64,000 nucleotides of DNA from the NCBI GenBank assembly GCA_963845755.1, contig CAWJTV010000023.1, forward strand, positions 32,001 to 96,000, in the 5' to 3' direction. Both the position numbers and the translations under genes were made by a program. The notes beneath the pieces were generated by a model. The model had not been told where the DNA came from. It did not search any database and worked only from the letters and a program-made list of their open reading frames with translations. Below are positions 10,189 through 21,521 of this stretch, piece by piece; position 1 is the stretch's first letter; each line of letters begins with the position of its first letter. The stretch comes from an uncultured Planctomycetota bacterium (GTDB lineage Bacteria; Planctomycetota; Planctomycetia; Isosphaerales; Isosphaeraceae).

Positions 10189-11920
10189 CTATCGCTTCTG
10201 CCAGACCACTTCCATCCAGCCATTTTGCATCTCATCCCAGGTCTGTAGGCCCCAGCGAACTTGCTTGGTCGGGTCGGGGTTGCGGGTTGTCCGGAGAGTT
10301 GTCCCAGTGGCCGATCCAGGTGAGCTTGCTCCCCTTGGGGACGCGCAACGGCGTTTCGAAACGGTAGCCGCTCTGCCAATTGAAGTCGTAATCGGGCACC
10401 GACAGCAGGGTCTCGGTCGTACCGTCCGGATACGCCATGTCGTATCGGGCGCTGATCCCTCGGAGGTGCATGTGCGGCATGAACGACAGCACGAGCGCAT
10501 CGTCGGGAAAGGTGAACGTCATCTGTCCCTGTTGATCCGAGACTTGCGGGGGGATCTTGAAGAACATGTTCGCCAGGATGTTCATCTCGACCGAGTTCGC
10601 CGGCGGCTTCCGGGCGAAGACGATCCCGACCGACGAACGGTCGGTCTGCTCGGTGCCGTTCGGGGTATAGTGGACCTCGAAGAGCAGTTTCGATCCGGCG
10701 GTGATCCGTCGTGCGGTGTCGATCGGATAGCGGGCCGGCATGTCGCCCGGCGCCCAGCCGACCAGGGTGGCCGCCGTGCCGTCCGGGTCGTAGGGATCAC
10801 GACGGCCTGGCTCCAGGATGTAGACGAGGATGTGATGGACTACCTTGCGATTGCCCGGCCGGCATTCCGCCGCCTGCACCCAGACGTCCTCCTGGAAGCC
10901 CGTGTCCACGACGAATCTCTGATAGTCCAGAACACCGGTCGCCGGCACGCGGAATTCTCTGGGCATGGTGAAGACCTTTTCCGGCACCCCGATCTTCCAG
11001 CCTTCCACGAACGTCAACGGGGGCGGCAGGTCCTTGTCATCTCCCTTGGGAGCACCCGAGTCGATCCACGCCAGCAGCGTGTCGCGCTCGTCCTGGGGCA
11101 TGCGCCGGTCGTTGGCGAACTTGCCGAAGCGCGGATCCGCGTGCCAGGGGGGCATCCGCTGCTCGAGCAACGCTTCACGGATCCGCCGGGTTCGCTTCTT
11201 CGCATCGTCATAGGTTAACAAAGAGAACGGCGCGATCTCTCCCGGTCGGTGGCATTCCTGGCAGCGTGTCTGGAGGACCGGCGCGACGTGCTTGGCGTAG
11301 GTCACGGGCTTCCCGTCGAGCGGCTTCCCGGACCGTTCGATCGGACAGCCTTCGACTTCGATTCGAGACACGGTGATCGGCCGGCCCGCGAGTTCTTCGT
11401 CGAGAGCCTCCTTGAGTTCGCGGCGGGTTGGCTTGTCGCGGCTGACGCCGACTCCGTACTGGTCGTCGATTCGGCCGTGGTAGCGGATGACCCGGTTCGC
11501 GTCGAGCAAGAACGCCTCGCACGTCCGCTCGGCGCCGAAGGCATCGGCAACCTTCTGGTCGAAGTCCTTGAGGACGGGGAACGGCACGTTCCGCTCCTGG
11601 GCATGGGCGGATACATTGATGAACACATCTTGATTACTGGAATTGATCGCCACGAACTGCACGCCCTTCTCGGCATACTCCTTGTGCAACGCGATCAGGG
11701 TCGGGATGTAGAGGTTGGCCATCGGACACTCGGTGTCCACGAACACGATCACAACGGCTTTCTTCTCTTTGAAGCTTTCGAGCGAGCGCGGTCGTCGGTG
11801 GATGTCCTTCAGGGTGAAATCGGGGACCACGGCGCCCACGGCGGGTGGAGCGAGCTTCGCATTCGGCGGATCGAGGAACCCCAGAGCGGCGGCCGTGAGG
11901 ACTGTGAGGATTTGCAGCAT
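10189..11920 (-). CDS. exported redoxin / CxxCH / copper-monooxygenase-like fusion protein; frameshift at ~10285
   Basis: Signal peptide MLQILTVL; AhpC/TSA-like domain (ECP, YHGRIDDQ); CQECH; VVHH; PHMH; YDFNWQ; C-terminus WGLQTWDEM in the shifted frame. Confidence 0.88.
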
Positions 11921-12521
11921 ATTTTCTCCCTTTCCCCGATCGGTCGTGAGCAAGCCGCCCAACCAGCCGCGCCACGCCTGCGTGGCCGAACCACATCTCT
12001 GTTCTACCAGGAAACGGGCGAATGCGGAAAGATTCCGTCGAGGCGACCCGATTCGACCCGGGCCGCGACTCCCGGTCCTGCACAACGCACCACTCGAGCG
12101 CCTCACAGTTGCGTGGCACGCGCCCCGCGCTGCGGCACGGTCTGCGGACCTGGCCACCCGGTCGACCGCAGGTCCCCTCCGGGACTCACCGACCGATGCG
12201 GGTGTCATCACGTGGCACAATGGGACATCTTTTTCCAAAGTCGCCATCCCCGATCTCTTTGGCGGATATCCGGTTGCGACGATGAGGTGAACCGGGAGGC
12301 GCGGTTCGGGCACTCGTCTCGGGAGTGATCGCACGTGGGCTATAATATTAGGATGCCGCAACTTTTCGAAACCGTTAATGCACCTAGCGGGGAGTTCGGC
12401 AGAAGGCCGCCCCAACTCTCAGCCCCACCGGCAGATAAAAAATCCCAAATTATTTTCAGCCTGGTGTTTAGCGGGGTCTTCGCGTCGCCCTGGGGGACGT
12501 GCAACACAACGGTTCAGCGCG

Positions 12522-13898
12522 CTAGAGCCGATTCGGCTCCGGACTGGTCAGCGAGCTTCGGATGAATCCCGAATCCGCCGGGGCTAGGTAGTCGATCGCG
12601 GTCAGTTCGGGGGTCTCGATGCGTCGATGGCCCCGGAAGCGGCTCTCGTGGGCGACGTCGAGGATGCCGCCGGTGAGCTGGGTCCGCTCGACGGGGTAGG
12701 GGGGCTTCCGACTGGTGAAGAAGTCCTCGATCCGCAGCACCAGCGGGTTGAAGAAGCTTGCGCCGGGTGGCGCGGGGAGGTACATCAACGTGGAGACGAC
12801 CGATTCGCCCCCGGCGCCGTCGTCGATCCGTGCGGCGACGGTGGTGTCGTCCACATGCCCATTAAGGATCAAGACCGTGCCGCGGAGGCCGTCGACGTAC
12901 TCGACAAGAAACGCGACGGGGTGGCGGAATTTGGTCGGAACGTCGCCTTTGGGTGGTGCCGGCGGGCGGAAGTCTCGGGTGTTCTGCTTGATGTCGCCCG
13001 GATTCACGGTATGGCTGCGGCCCAGGGCCTGTTCCAGGAGCTTCCAGGACCAGGCCCCCTTGTCGCCAGCCTCCCAGACGGCGTCTCCCTCCAGGCAGGT
13101 GACGGCGGCGACCCCCTGCGGTTGGCCGCGCCGGTCGCGACGCTCGGCCATGCACTGGAGGGTCTCCAGGGCGTGGAATCCGAAGATCTCCAGGTCACCG
13201 CGCGAGGCGACCAGGACCTCGTGGAACTTTCGGCCCAGCGGGATCTCCAGCGGAGGGAGCCGCCAGGTCACCGGCAGGCTCGAGCCGGCCATCAGCGGCA
13301 CGTTCTGGGCCCGCGCCGACTCGATCATCGCACGGGCCTCGGTCCGGCTGTAGGATAAATGCTTGTCGATGAAAACCGGCACCGCGCGGCCCGACGCCTG
13401 GAACACGTCGAGCACGTCGCGAAAGAACCGGCCGCGTGGATAGAGCTTCTGAAGCTTCTCGTTGTAGGGATACGCGCCGTGCTCGGCGATCAGGAGGACG
13501 GCGTCAACGGCGAGCTTGCCGGTCCCCAGCGTGAGCGCATCGGCGATCGTCGGGCTGAGGCGGACACCATGCCGCTTCGCTTTCGGTCTCCCCAGGTCGG
13601 TCTCCGCCGCAACTTGCTCGATGAACAGGCTGGCGATCTCGAACGGAGGCTTGTGGAGGGCCTCGGGGCGACCATCATAAACCGGAAAGCCGTCGAGGAA
13701 CCGCCCGACGATGTGATAGGCGTGCGACAGGTAGTAATAGACCGAGGCCAGCGCAGCGACCTTCGGCCTTGCGGCCGCAGCCGGTTGCGTTGCAGCCTCG
13801 ATCACCGGCTCCACGCTTTGGCCGGATGTCGCGACAACACTTAGCCCTGCCATACCGGTTGTTTCCAGGAATTGACGCCGCGTCGAACCTGATGTCAT
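12522..13898 (-). CDS. Tat-exported conserved protein (oxidoreductase-like)
   Basis: TRRQFL twin-arginine signal; EHGAYP, FIDKHLS, MAGSSLP and FHALE motifs. Confidence 0.8.
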   Translation of the reverse strand: MTSGSTRRQFLETTGMAGLSVVATSGQSVEPVIEAATQPAAAARPKVAALASVYYYLSHAYHIVGRFLDGFPVYDGRPEALHKPPFEIASLFIEQVAAETDLGRPKAKRHGVRLSPTIADALTLGTGKLAVDAVLLIAEHGAYPYNEKLQKLYPRGRFFRDVLDVFQASGRAVPVFIDKHLSYSRTEARAMIESARAQNVPLMAGSSLPVTWRLPPLEIPLGRKFHEVLVASRGDLEIFGFHALETLQCMAERRDRRGQPQGVAAVTCLEGDAVWEAGDKGAWSWKLLEQALGRSHTVNPGDIKQNTRDFRPPAPPKGDVPTKFRHPVAFLVEYVDGLRGTVLILNGHVDDTTVAARIDDGAGGESVVSTLMYLPAPPGASFFNPLVLRIEDFFTSRKPPYPVERTQLTGGILDVAHESRFRGHRRIETPELTAIDYLAPADSGFIRSSLTSPEPNRL

Positions 13899-14222
13899 AT
13901 TCGGAAGTCCTTCTGAACATCACGAGCCCTGCTCGATCCCCACTTGAATCCGCTCGGTCCTGTAACGGTCAGCATAGTGACACTGCCAGGTCCATCCAAG
14001 CCCGATCCGAACGCGCACCGGGACACGGGTGAACGGTCCTGGGACGAGATGAGGTTTAGTGTAATTATGAACTATTATTAAAGATGAATCACTTCCGATG
14101 ACGCGCGGATCAGGGCGCAGGCCCGGTGGACCGGAGGGGGATGAGCTCCTCGTGTGATGGAAACGAACCCCGGGCGTCAATGGCGAGGCTCGGTCGGGGA
14201 GAAGGCATCGTGCCGGGTGTGC

Positions 14223-14828
14223 TCATTCGGGATCATAGACCGGACCAAGCTCCTCGCGCAAACACCGCAAGGCGCGTGACCAGAGCTTCCTGGCCGCCTC
14301 CTCGCTGATCCCTCGACGCTGGCCGATCTCCGCGAATGGCATCTGCTCCCGGTGGTGCCAGACGACAACCTCGCGATAGTGCTCGGGGAGTTGCGCGAGT
14401 GCGGCCATCACCGCCGCCTGGCGCTCCGCTTTCAGAAACTGGGCGCTGGGGGTTTCCCCATCAACCGGTGCGGGTGGCTGGAGTCCACTCGGCAGCGCCA
14501 CTTCTCGACCTGATCGCCGTTTCGCCGCCAGCGTGAACCGCCGTCGCTGGCTCGACAGTTGACGCACCAGGATGGTCCGCAGCCACCTTCGCCACTCCGC
14601 CGCCGAACGTCCCCGAAAAGTCGCGAAGCCGCGATGAGCCCGGAAGAACGTCTCCTGCACCAGGTCCGATGCGCCCCCCTTGGCTTGAAGCTCTGGGTCT
14701 GCTTCCTCGTTGGCCACCAGGAGAAGATAGTTGCGGAAGGAGTGAAGGGCCCGTCCCAGGGAATCCCGGTCCCCATGGCGAGCCGCCTCGATCCACGACT
14801 CCAGTTCATTCGCGAGCCGATCGCTCAC
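14223..14828 (-). CDS. ECF RNA polymerase sigma-70 factor, Planctomycete type
   Basis: ASDLVQETF, WLRTIL, TPS, LPEHYREVV and ARKLWSRAL motifs. Confidence 0.92.
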   Translation of the reverse strand: MSDRLANELESWIEAARHGDRDSLGRALHSFRNYLLLVANEEADPELQAKGGASDLVQETFFRAHRGFATFRGRSAAEWRRWLRTILVRQLSSQRRRFTLAAKRRSGREVALPSGLQPPAPVDGETPSAQFLKAERQAAVMAALAQLPEHYREVVVWHHREQMPFAEIGQRRGISEEAARKLWSRALRCLREELGPVYDPE

Positions 14829-15741
14829 CCAGACACCATCGCTTTTCTCTCTTGACCTGAGGACACATCCGAGGGGTGGCTAGAACTGCGCGACTGATTA
14901 TGCAGGGCAGCCCGGACCCTGTCAATCGTTTCAGGACCTCCGGGTGCAGTCGCGTTTCTGCGGTCGGGCGGACGGGCCATCTCGGGTCGGTGGCCGAGTG
15001 CCATTGACCCGACGACCGGGAGGTCCCTCTCCGAGCGACTGGCGACCTCGACCCAACCACTCACAGGATCCTTCGCCGGTGTTGACGCGCCCGCGCCGGA
15101 GCGGCCCGCGAAGGGATCCGCGATCGACGCCGGATCCGGATCCGATCCGGACCTCCGGCCGTCGAGAACAGGAGGTTGTCGGGCTCATCCGTGACCTCAC
15201 GGCCTGGCTCATCCCGGGGCGTGTTCCCGCCGATTCGGGTGCCCCGCCGGACGAATCCCGGCGCATCGTCGGAAGCAACCACTGCGGTCGCGACCGGCTC
15301 CGGTCAAGTCCTCAGGCTGGCCGAGCCGACCGGCTGCGAGGGCGCAACCGCTCGCGACGTGGACATCCCGACGTCTCGGAAGGGCTGATCGGCTGTGGAC
15401 TTAGCCCGATCAACCCGGCTCCTGGCGGCGATGGCGGACGGTGGTCGAGCCCAGACCCGCGCTGTGAAGAAGGGCCAGTGGTGGTGGAATCGTCATGGCG
15501 GGAGACCGAAGTGGCCTGGTGACCCACGCGCTCGTCCCGAGTTCATCGGCGTCGATCCGATATGCTGGTCTTCCAGCCGGTGTAACCCGGCGTGCCCTGT
15601 CCGCTGTGCCCTCGCCGACGGAGGTGGTGCTTCGGCGAGGGAGGGATACTTGCGACGGCTGCTCGACTCTGGAGTTTGCGGCCTAGGTCTCAACTACGAT
15701 CTCGCGGCGTAAGCTCCCAATCTCATTGGCCTTAATACTTC

Positions 15742-16049
15742 CTAACGCGGCCTTCGGCCGCAACCCAATCGGGATTCCCGATTCGCGATTCCGGATTCCC
15801 GAAGGGGAATGATCCGGGAATCGGGAATCGCGAATCCGGAATTCGGAATCCCCAGAGGCGCGGCACGGCGCAGGGAGCCTGCGGAGGACGACTCTAACGC
15901 GGCCTTCGGCCGCAACCCAATCGGGATTCCCGATTCGCGATTCCGGATTCCCGAAGGGGAATGATCCGGGAATCGGGAATCGCGAATCCGGAATTCGGAA
16001 TCCCCAGATGCGCGGCATGGCGCAGGGAGCCTACGGAGGAGGTCTCTAA
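15742..16049 (+). repeat. two tandem copies (152-bp period) of a palindromic MITE/REP-like element
   Basis: Units begin CTAACGCGGCCTTCGGCCGC at 15742 and 15894; internal heptad palindrome; CTAA again at 16046. Confidence 0.92.
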
Positions 16050-16772
16050 ATCCACGGCCTCTGGCCGTGTGACCCAAAGAGCTTCGAGCCATCCGGCGTG
16101 CTTCCTCCTCCGGTAAACTCCTCTGGCTTGGCATCCGAAGGAGTGCTCCCGGAGTGAGCCCAGAAGTTTCAAGGGATTCGGCATGTGTCGTTCGACGGTT
16201 TCCTGGGCTTGGCGTCGCGGGCGTGGCCGTCGGAGAAAGCGTTGTCGAGGTAGCGTGGGGTGTCGACTGTCCGTTTGGCCCCAACGGCCCCAACGGGGCC
16301 TTCCTCACTCAAGCGGCCCCCTCGGAGGGGCCTTCCTAGATTGCCTACGGGATGGGGAGAGGCTTCGCCGAAATGACCGGAGTCGATCCCGTTTGACTCG
16401 CCGAAAGCTGATTCGGTCGGTCGATCCGACCAACGCGCGCAACACGTCTGGGCTGCGGGTTTCCCAACAGGCACACGACACGAATTGCCGGACGCAGGGC
16501 GGTCCATTCAGAAAGCCCACGGCGCTGAATCGAACCACAAAGAGCGTTGACAACTTTGAACGCGCGGAATTCGACGCCGCTCTCCACGTCCCACACCGTC
16601 AACCCTCCTCCCGGACCAATGCACGCGAACCATCTCCCACGAACGACGAATCGACTGACAACGTGAAACCTCGCGGCTCGCCCTTGAGTAATAACAGACA
16701 GTCTAGTTGGTTTCTTTGGCGGGGCGATCTCAATCAGCTAAGAGCAACCCGATCGCGAAAGGAAAGAGAGCT

Positions 16773-18701
16773 ATGCAGAGATTGACTGTTAGTGCAGCTG
16801 CGTTGGTGTTCGCCGGCCTCGTGTGCGGACAGGCTAGCACGGAGAGCGTCCCCGCTGCTGAAAAGAGACCGGTCACCCTCGACGCTTTGCAGGCAGAGAT
16901 CAAAGCCCTGAAAGCGCCGAAAGTCGCTTGGCGAGAGATCGACTGGAAGAGCTGTTTGCTCGAAGGGCTCCGCGAAGCGCGAGCCAAAAACAAGCCGGCC
17001 ATGCTCTGGGTCTTCATCGACCGTCCCATTGACGACGAGCGCTGCTGAGGGTATGCCGCACTCACCCGTGAGGTGATATTCTCCAACGCCGACGTCATTC
17101 GCCGTGTGAACGCCGATTTCGTGCCCGTGGCCCTCAAGGCCGGACTGATCAACAACCCGCCCGACAACGACGAAGGCCGGCTCTATCGCGAGATCGGACG
17201 CTCGAAGATCCTTCCCCAGGGAGTCTGTGTCGTCAACTCTGCGGGAAAAGTGCTCGACTGGGTCTTCATGTTCGACGACGAAAAGAGCGTCCTTGACTTC
17301 CTCGATCATGCTAAGAAGCGGTTCGCCGAGTTTCCGGACGCGACGAAGCCGTTCCCCGCCGAGCGATACAAGGGGTTTCCGAGTCAGAAGCTCGCCGATG
17401 TCGACGACGGCGGCAAGGTCATGCCGATGGTCGAGCGCCACCGCGAGGGGGAAAGCTGCCCGGCGAAGCCGCGCGTCCCGGAGGGGACCCTCCTGGCGCG
17501 GGTTTTTGGCCGGGCGCTCGACAAGGATGGCAAGCCCGTCGCCGACACGGTGCGCCAGGAAAATTATCTCGAGGACCGCTTCTACGTGCCCGTGGTCAGG
17601 CAAGAGGGGTTGGCGAAAGCGCTCGCCGCCGCCGGCAAGAACCGCTTCAAGATCGACGACGATCTGGCGAGGGTACTCATCAGCCATGCGTTCATGGGGG
17701 AACTCGACTTGAACCCCCTCGGCAACCTGAATGGCAGCAAGTGCGAGCACATGGACTGTGCGTTCTGGGGTCAAAAAATCGAGGCTGATGGCAACGGTCC
17801 TGTCTGGGTCCGAATCGATGGCGAATCAGAGGTCGCGGGGGTCGCGGGCCAGGGCCAAGACGACCATGGCGCACTTTGGCAGCACCGGGTCAAGCTCGCC
17901 TGGGAGGGGCTGATCGAGATGAAGGGAAACCGGATGACTCGACTGCTTCTCCTGGCCCGCGGTACCGAGAAGTTAACGCGGGGAAACAAAAACGAGGAAT
18001 TGGGTCGCCTACCGGGGCGCCAAGCCGTCTTCATTGACGTAGACAGCGGCGTCCGTTACGGCATTATCGGCGAACCGGTCGCGGTTGAGGAAGCCACCAG
18101 TGGGCATCAGGCGCAGATCCCCGACGAGGCCCGCAAAATGCTTCGGCACGAGTTTGGCGGCCCCTTTGTGGTGTCACGCGACCAAGTACAGGTGGAACTG
18201 CAGTTGACCAAGGAGCAGAAAGAAAAGCTGAACCAAAACCTTCTGGAATTGTTGCCCGAGGCGGTGCAGTTCTTTCAAAAGATGGAACGCCTGAACGGTG
18301 AGGATCGCGAGCAACAATTCGGTGCCTATCGACACAAGGCACGCAAAAATCTTGCGGCTCTCTTGAAGGAAACGCTCAACAAAGGCCAGCGCACGCGTTT
18401 GCGCCAGTTGGAATTGCAACGCGAGGGGCTTCGTGATGGGGAGATTTGGGAACTTCTCCACGTTAACGAGGACCAACGGAAGCAATTCATGGGTCTCATC
18501 ATGCAGGCGCATCAAAAGATTCAGCCGCTGCTCGAAGAGGCACAGAAAACCGGCAACCTCACGGAGGTTCAAGGCAAGGTGATCAAGATCCGCGATGACC
18601 TCGAAGCCGATCTACGCGCCAAGCTGACGGATGACCAGGAATCGCAGTGGAAGGAAATGTTGGGCAAGCCGATGGACCCGGCGGCCTTGTTTGATTTGTA
18701 G
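16773..18701 (+). CDS. putative selenoprotein: exported thioredoxin-fold protein with a SELENON-like CUG motif and C-terminal LTxxQ-like helical repeats (642 aa with UGA readthrough)
   Basis: RBS and ATG 16773, then a signal peptide. TGA at 17046-17048 is in frame with the 17073-18701 ORF and reads DDERC-U-GYAALTREVIFSN. Confidence 0.8.
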
Positions 18702-18788
18702 TCTCGGCTTGGTAGGAAGTGTCTTGGTGCGCGTTGATCTCGTCGAACTGTCTCGGCAAATGCAGGCACACTCACGGCACAAGAAGTT

Positions 18789-18940
18789 CTAACGCGGCCT
18801 TCGGCCGCAACTCAATCGGGATTCCCGATTCGAGATTCCGGATTCCCGAAGGGGAAGGATTCGGGAATCTCGAATCCGGAATTCGGAATCCCCAGATGTG
18901 CGGCACTGCGCGCAGGGAGCCTACGGAGGACGACTCTAAC
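18789..18940 (+). repeat. third copy of the ~150-bp palindromic element
   Basis: CTAACGCGGCCTTCGGCCGCAACTCAATCGGG...GGAGGACGACT-CTAAC. Confidence 0.9.
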
Positions 18941-19287
18941 GGTGTCCGGTCGCCTTCGGGCGACTAGATTTGAACTGGTCAGCACATATTACGTCCTGCG
19001 ATGTCCGCTCCGGTCTCCTGGACTCCACTTCGAAGTCGTTTTCGCGCTTCGGTCCGACGACACCGAAGCAACTTGGGACTCGCGAGGTTCGGAGGGGCTC
19101 CAGGTCCGCTCTTCTAAACGGTCGCCTTGGCCGGTAACCTGCACCTCCAAGAACGCGACTGCACCCAGGACCTCCCCAGCACCCCATAGGCCCTTATGGG
19201 CCGCGCATCGACAATTTGTTGTCGATGATTGACTTTTAATTCAACTGCCCGGCAGGGGCCATTTTTTGGGCGCAGTCCCGAAAAACG

Positions 19288-19439
19288 TAGAGTCTTTCTC
19301 CGTAGGATCCCTCCGCCCTGCGCATCTGGGGATTCCGAATTCCGGATTCGCGATTCCCGATTCCCGGATCATTCCCCTTCGGGAATCCGGAATCGCGAAT
19401 CGGGAATCCCGATTGGGTTGCGGCCGAAGACCGCGTTAG
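19288..19439 (-). repeat. fourth, inverted copy of the ~150-bp palindromic element
   Basis: Reverse complement of the unit; ends GCGGCCGAAGACCGCGTTAG. Confidence 0.9.
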
Positions 19440-19716
19440 GCGTTAGCTTTACGATGGGACCCTGGGAAATCCGCGGGATTTTCGAGACGTGGCCTGTAAG
19501 ACCAGGCGGGTCCGGAGTCCCTCGTTCCCACGGGGACCGTGGGAACGAGATCTCCCACCGATGCGCCTCGGCCGCGTGCGCCCAGCCCTCGACCCATTTC
19601 TCTCAAGTTCGCGTCCGGTTCGGCCGGGGCGGGCGTCTGTGTGATGGGGACTTCGAGCGGCGGGGCTCGATGAGAAGGCGTCCTCATGACATCCAGGGAA
19701 GGAGTCCGGGAATCGA

Positions 19717-20765
19717 TGAGATCACGAATTCGACCGAGATCGGGATGGCTGCTCGTCCTCGCGCTGTTCGCCAGCGTGCACTTCGGCGACGCGGCCCGAG
19801 GTGATGGAATCACCGGGATCGTGAGCTTCGGCGACAGTCTCTCTGATGTGGGCAACGCCTACCTGGGGAGTGGAATGACTCAGCCGGCGCCGGTTTCCGC
19901 CTATTATCAGGGCCATTTCTCCAATGGCCCGATCTGGGTGGAATACCTGGCCAAGGATCTGGGAGTGGCCGCGCCGACGGCTGCACTCGCGGGCGGCACG
20001 GACTATGCCTTTGGAGGGGCACAGACCGGCAGCGGCTACGCCAGCCTCGCGGGCGCCCAGGTCCCGAACATCGGGACCCAGATCGACATGTATCTGGCAC
20101 ACAACACGCCGAGCCCCACCCAGCTCTTCACGATCTGGGGCGGTGCGAACGACGTCCTTTCCGGCACCCAGCCCAACCCTGCGGTATCGATTGCCAACAT
20201 CGGACAGGAGATCACGACGCTGGCCGACGCGGGAGCCAGGCAATTCCTCGTCGCGAACCTGCCGCCGCTCGACAAGATCCCGGCCGCGAGTAGCTTGACT
20301 ACGGCCCAGCAACAAGGTCTCGCACTCTTCACGCAAGTCTTCAATCAAGGCTTGCAGAATGAGGTGTCCTACCTCCAAAGTAGCCTGGGCGTCCAGATTC
20401 ACATGCTGAACATCAACAGCCTGATGAACTCCGTCCTCGCGAACCCGTCCCAATATGGTCTCACCAACGTCACCAACGCAGCCCTCCTGTCCGGTTCCAA
20501 CGGCACGGGATATCTCTTCTGGGACCCCTACCACCCGACGACCCAGGTCGATGCCGTCATCGGAGAAGTTGCGGCCCAGGCGGTCCCCGAGCCGTCGACG
20601 CTCCTGGTCCTGGCCACGGTGTTCGGGATTGCGGGGCTCTGGCGCGGGGCAGCGAAGGAGACAACGTCACCGGGGATCGGAGGGTGCGGGATTCCGCCAT
20701 CCCTCTCCCGAGTTGTGAGGCGCTTCGCGCACCGGCGCGCACTGGCGACGAGCGTCTGTCCCTAG
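19717..20765 (+). CDS. SGNH/GDSL hydrolase with PEP-CTERM sorting signal
   Basis: Signal peptide; FGDSLSD, FSNG, WGGAND and WDPYHPT motifs; VPEPS followed by a TM segment. Confidence 0.92.
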
Positions 20766-21384
20766 CTGGAAATGGGTACCTCGACCACGGTCTGGCCATC
20801 ATCCCCGTCACGACTTCCTCGGAGGCCATGACCGCGCCCCGGTCGAAGCTGACCGGAGCGACCAGGATCGCGCTGGCTCCGATGCGGTTGCAGCCACCGA
20901 TCCTGGTCGAATGCTTACGGCCATCGTTCTTTCAGGAATTCCGCGTTCTCGAGTCGGATTCCCATTCGGACGCATCGGTGTGAATCCAAGATTAATTTGC
21001 GAGAGCGCAATATCTGTCATCAGAGCAAGTCTTTCACTCGTTCCCACGCAGCGGAACGAGTGATCAAGTTCGGTCGATGCGGATGTCTCGGAGATTCGAA
21101 ACACCGTCGAATTTTTTTCCCCGCGCCCCGTCCGGTTTTGTCGCGGACCGGGTCTCTGTGGAGGGGTGGATCGAGCATGGAGGCTCGATCAGACCGACCC
21201 GGCGACCCCACACTTTGTCGAACGGCGACTCATCTTCTGATCGTACAGGACCAGCGGCTTCGTCAGCTCTTGACCCCAACGGGTCCGGCCGGGCCGGCTT
21301 CGTCATCATGCGCGGAGTCGTGCCGGGCAGCGCGAGCGATGGGCGCAGATCGCGGAGGAGTCAACTGCGCGCCGAGCGCATCAA

Positions 21385-21445
21385 TAATTATTTAATTTAA
21401 TTCTATCATATTTAGAATAAATATGATTTTCTTAAATAAAAATGC
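21385..21445. promoter_or_regulatory. extremely AT-rich tract, probable promoter region of the NHL-repeat gene
   Basis: TAATTATTTAATTTAATTCTATCATATTTAGAATAAATATG within GC-rich surroundings, 80-140 bp before ATG 21522. Confidence 0.5.
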
Positions 21446-21521
21446 CGAATGATAGGTCACCCAGGAAAGAAGCGGTCGTATTCGAGCGAGCGATCAGACC
21501 GATTTTGAGGAGCCTTTCTCC

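Noticed and set aside
15742..16049. Tandem repeats as a CRISPR array
   Set aside because: The 152-bp units have no unique spacers, and no cas genes are present.
15683..16308. ORFs with repeated GIPNSGFAIPDSR / FRIPDSRFP peptides
   Set aside because: These are translations of the palindromic element.
6087..18701. Functional link between the SELENON-like protein and the Ca2+ antiporter/ATPases, by analogy to SELENON-SERCA
   Set aside because: They are 10 kb apart with unrelated genes between; there is no sequence evidence of linkage.
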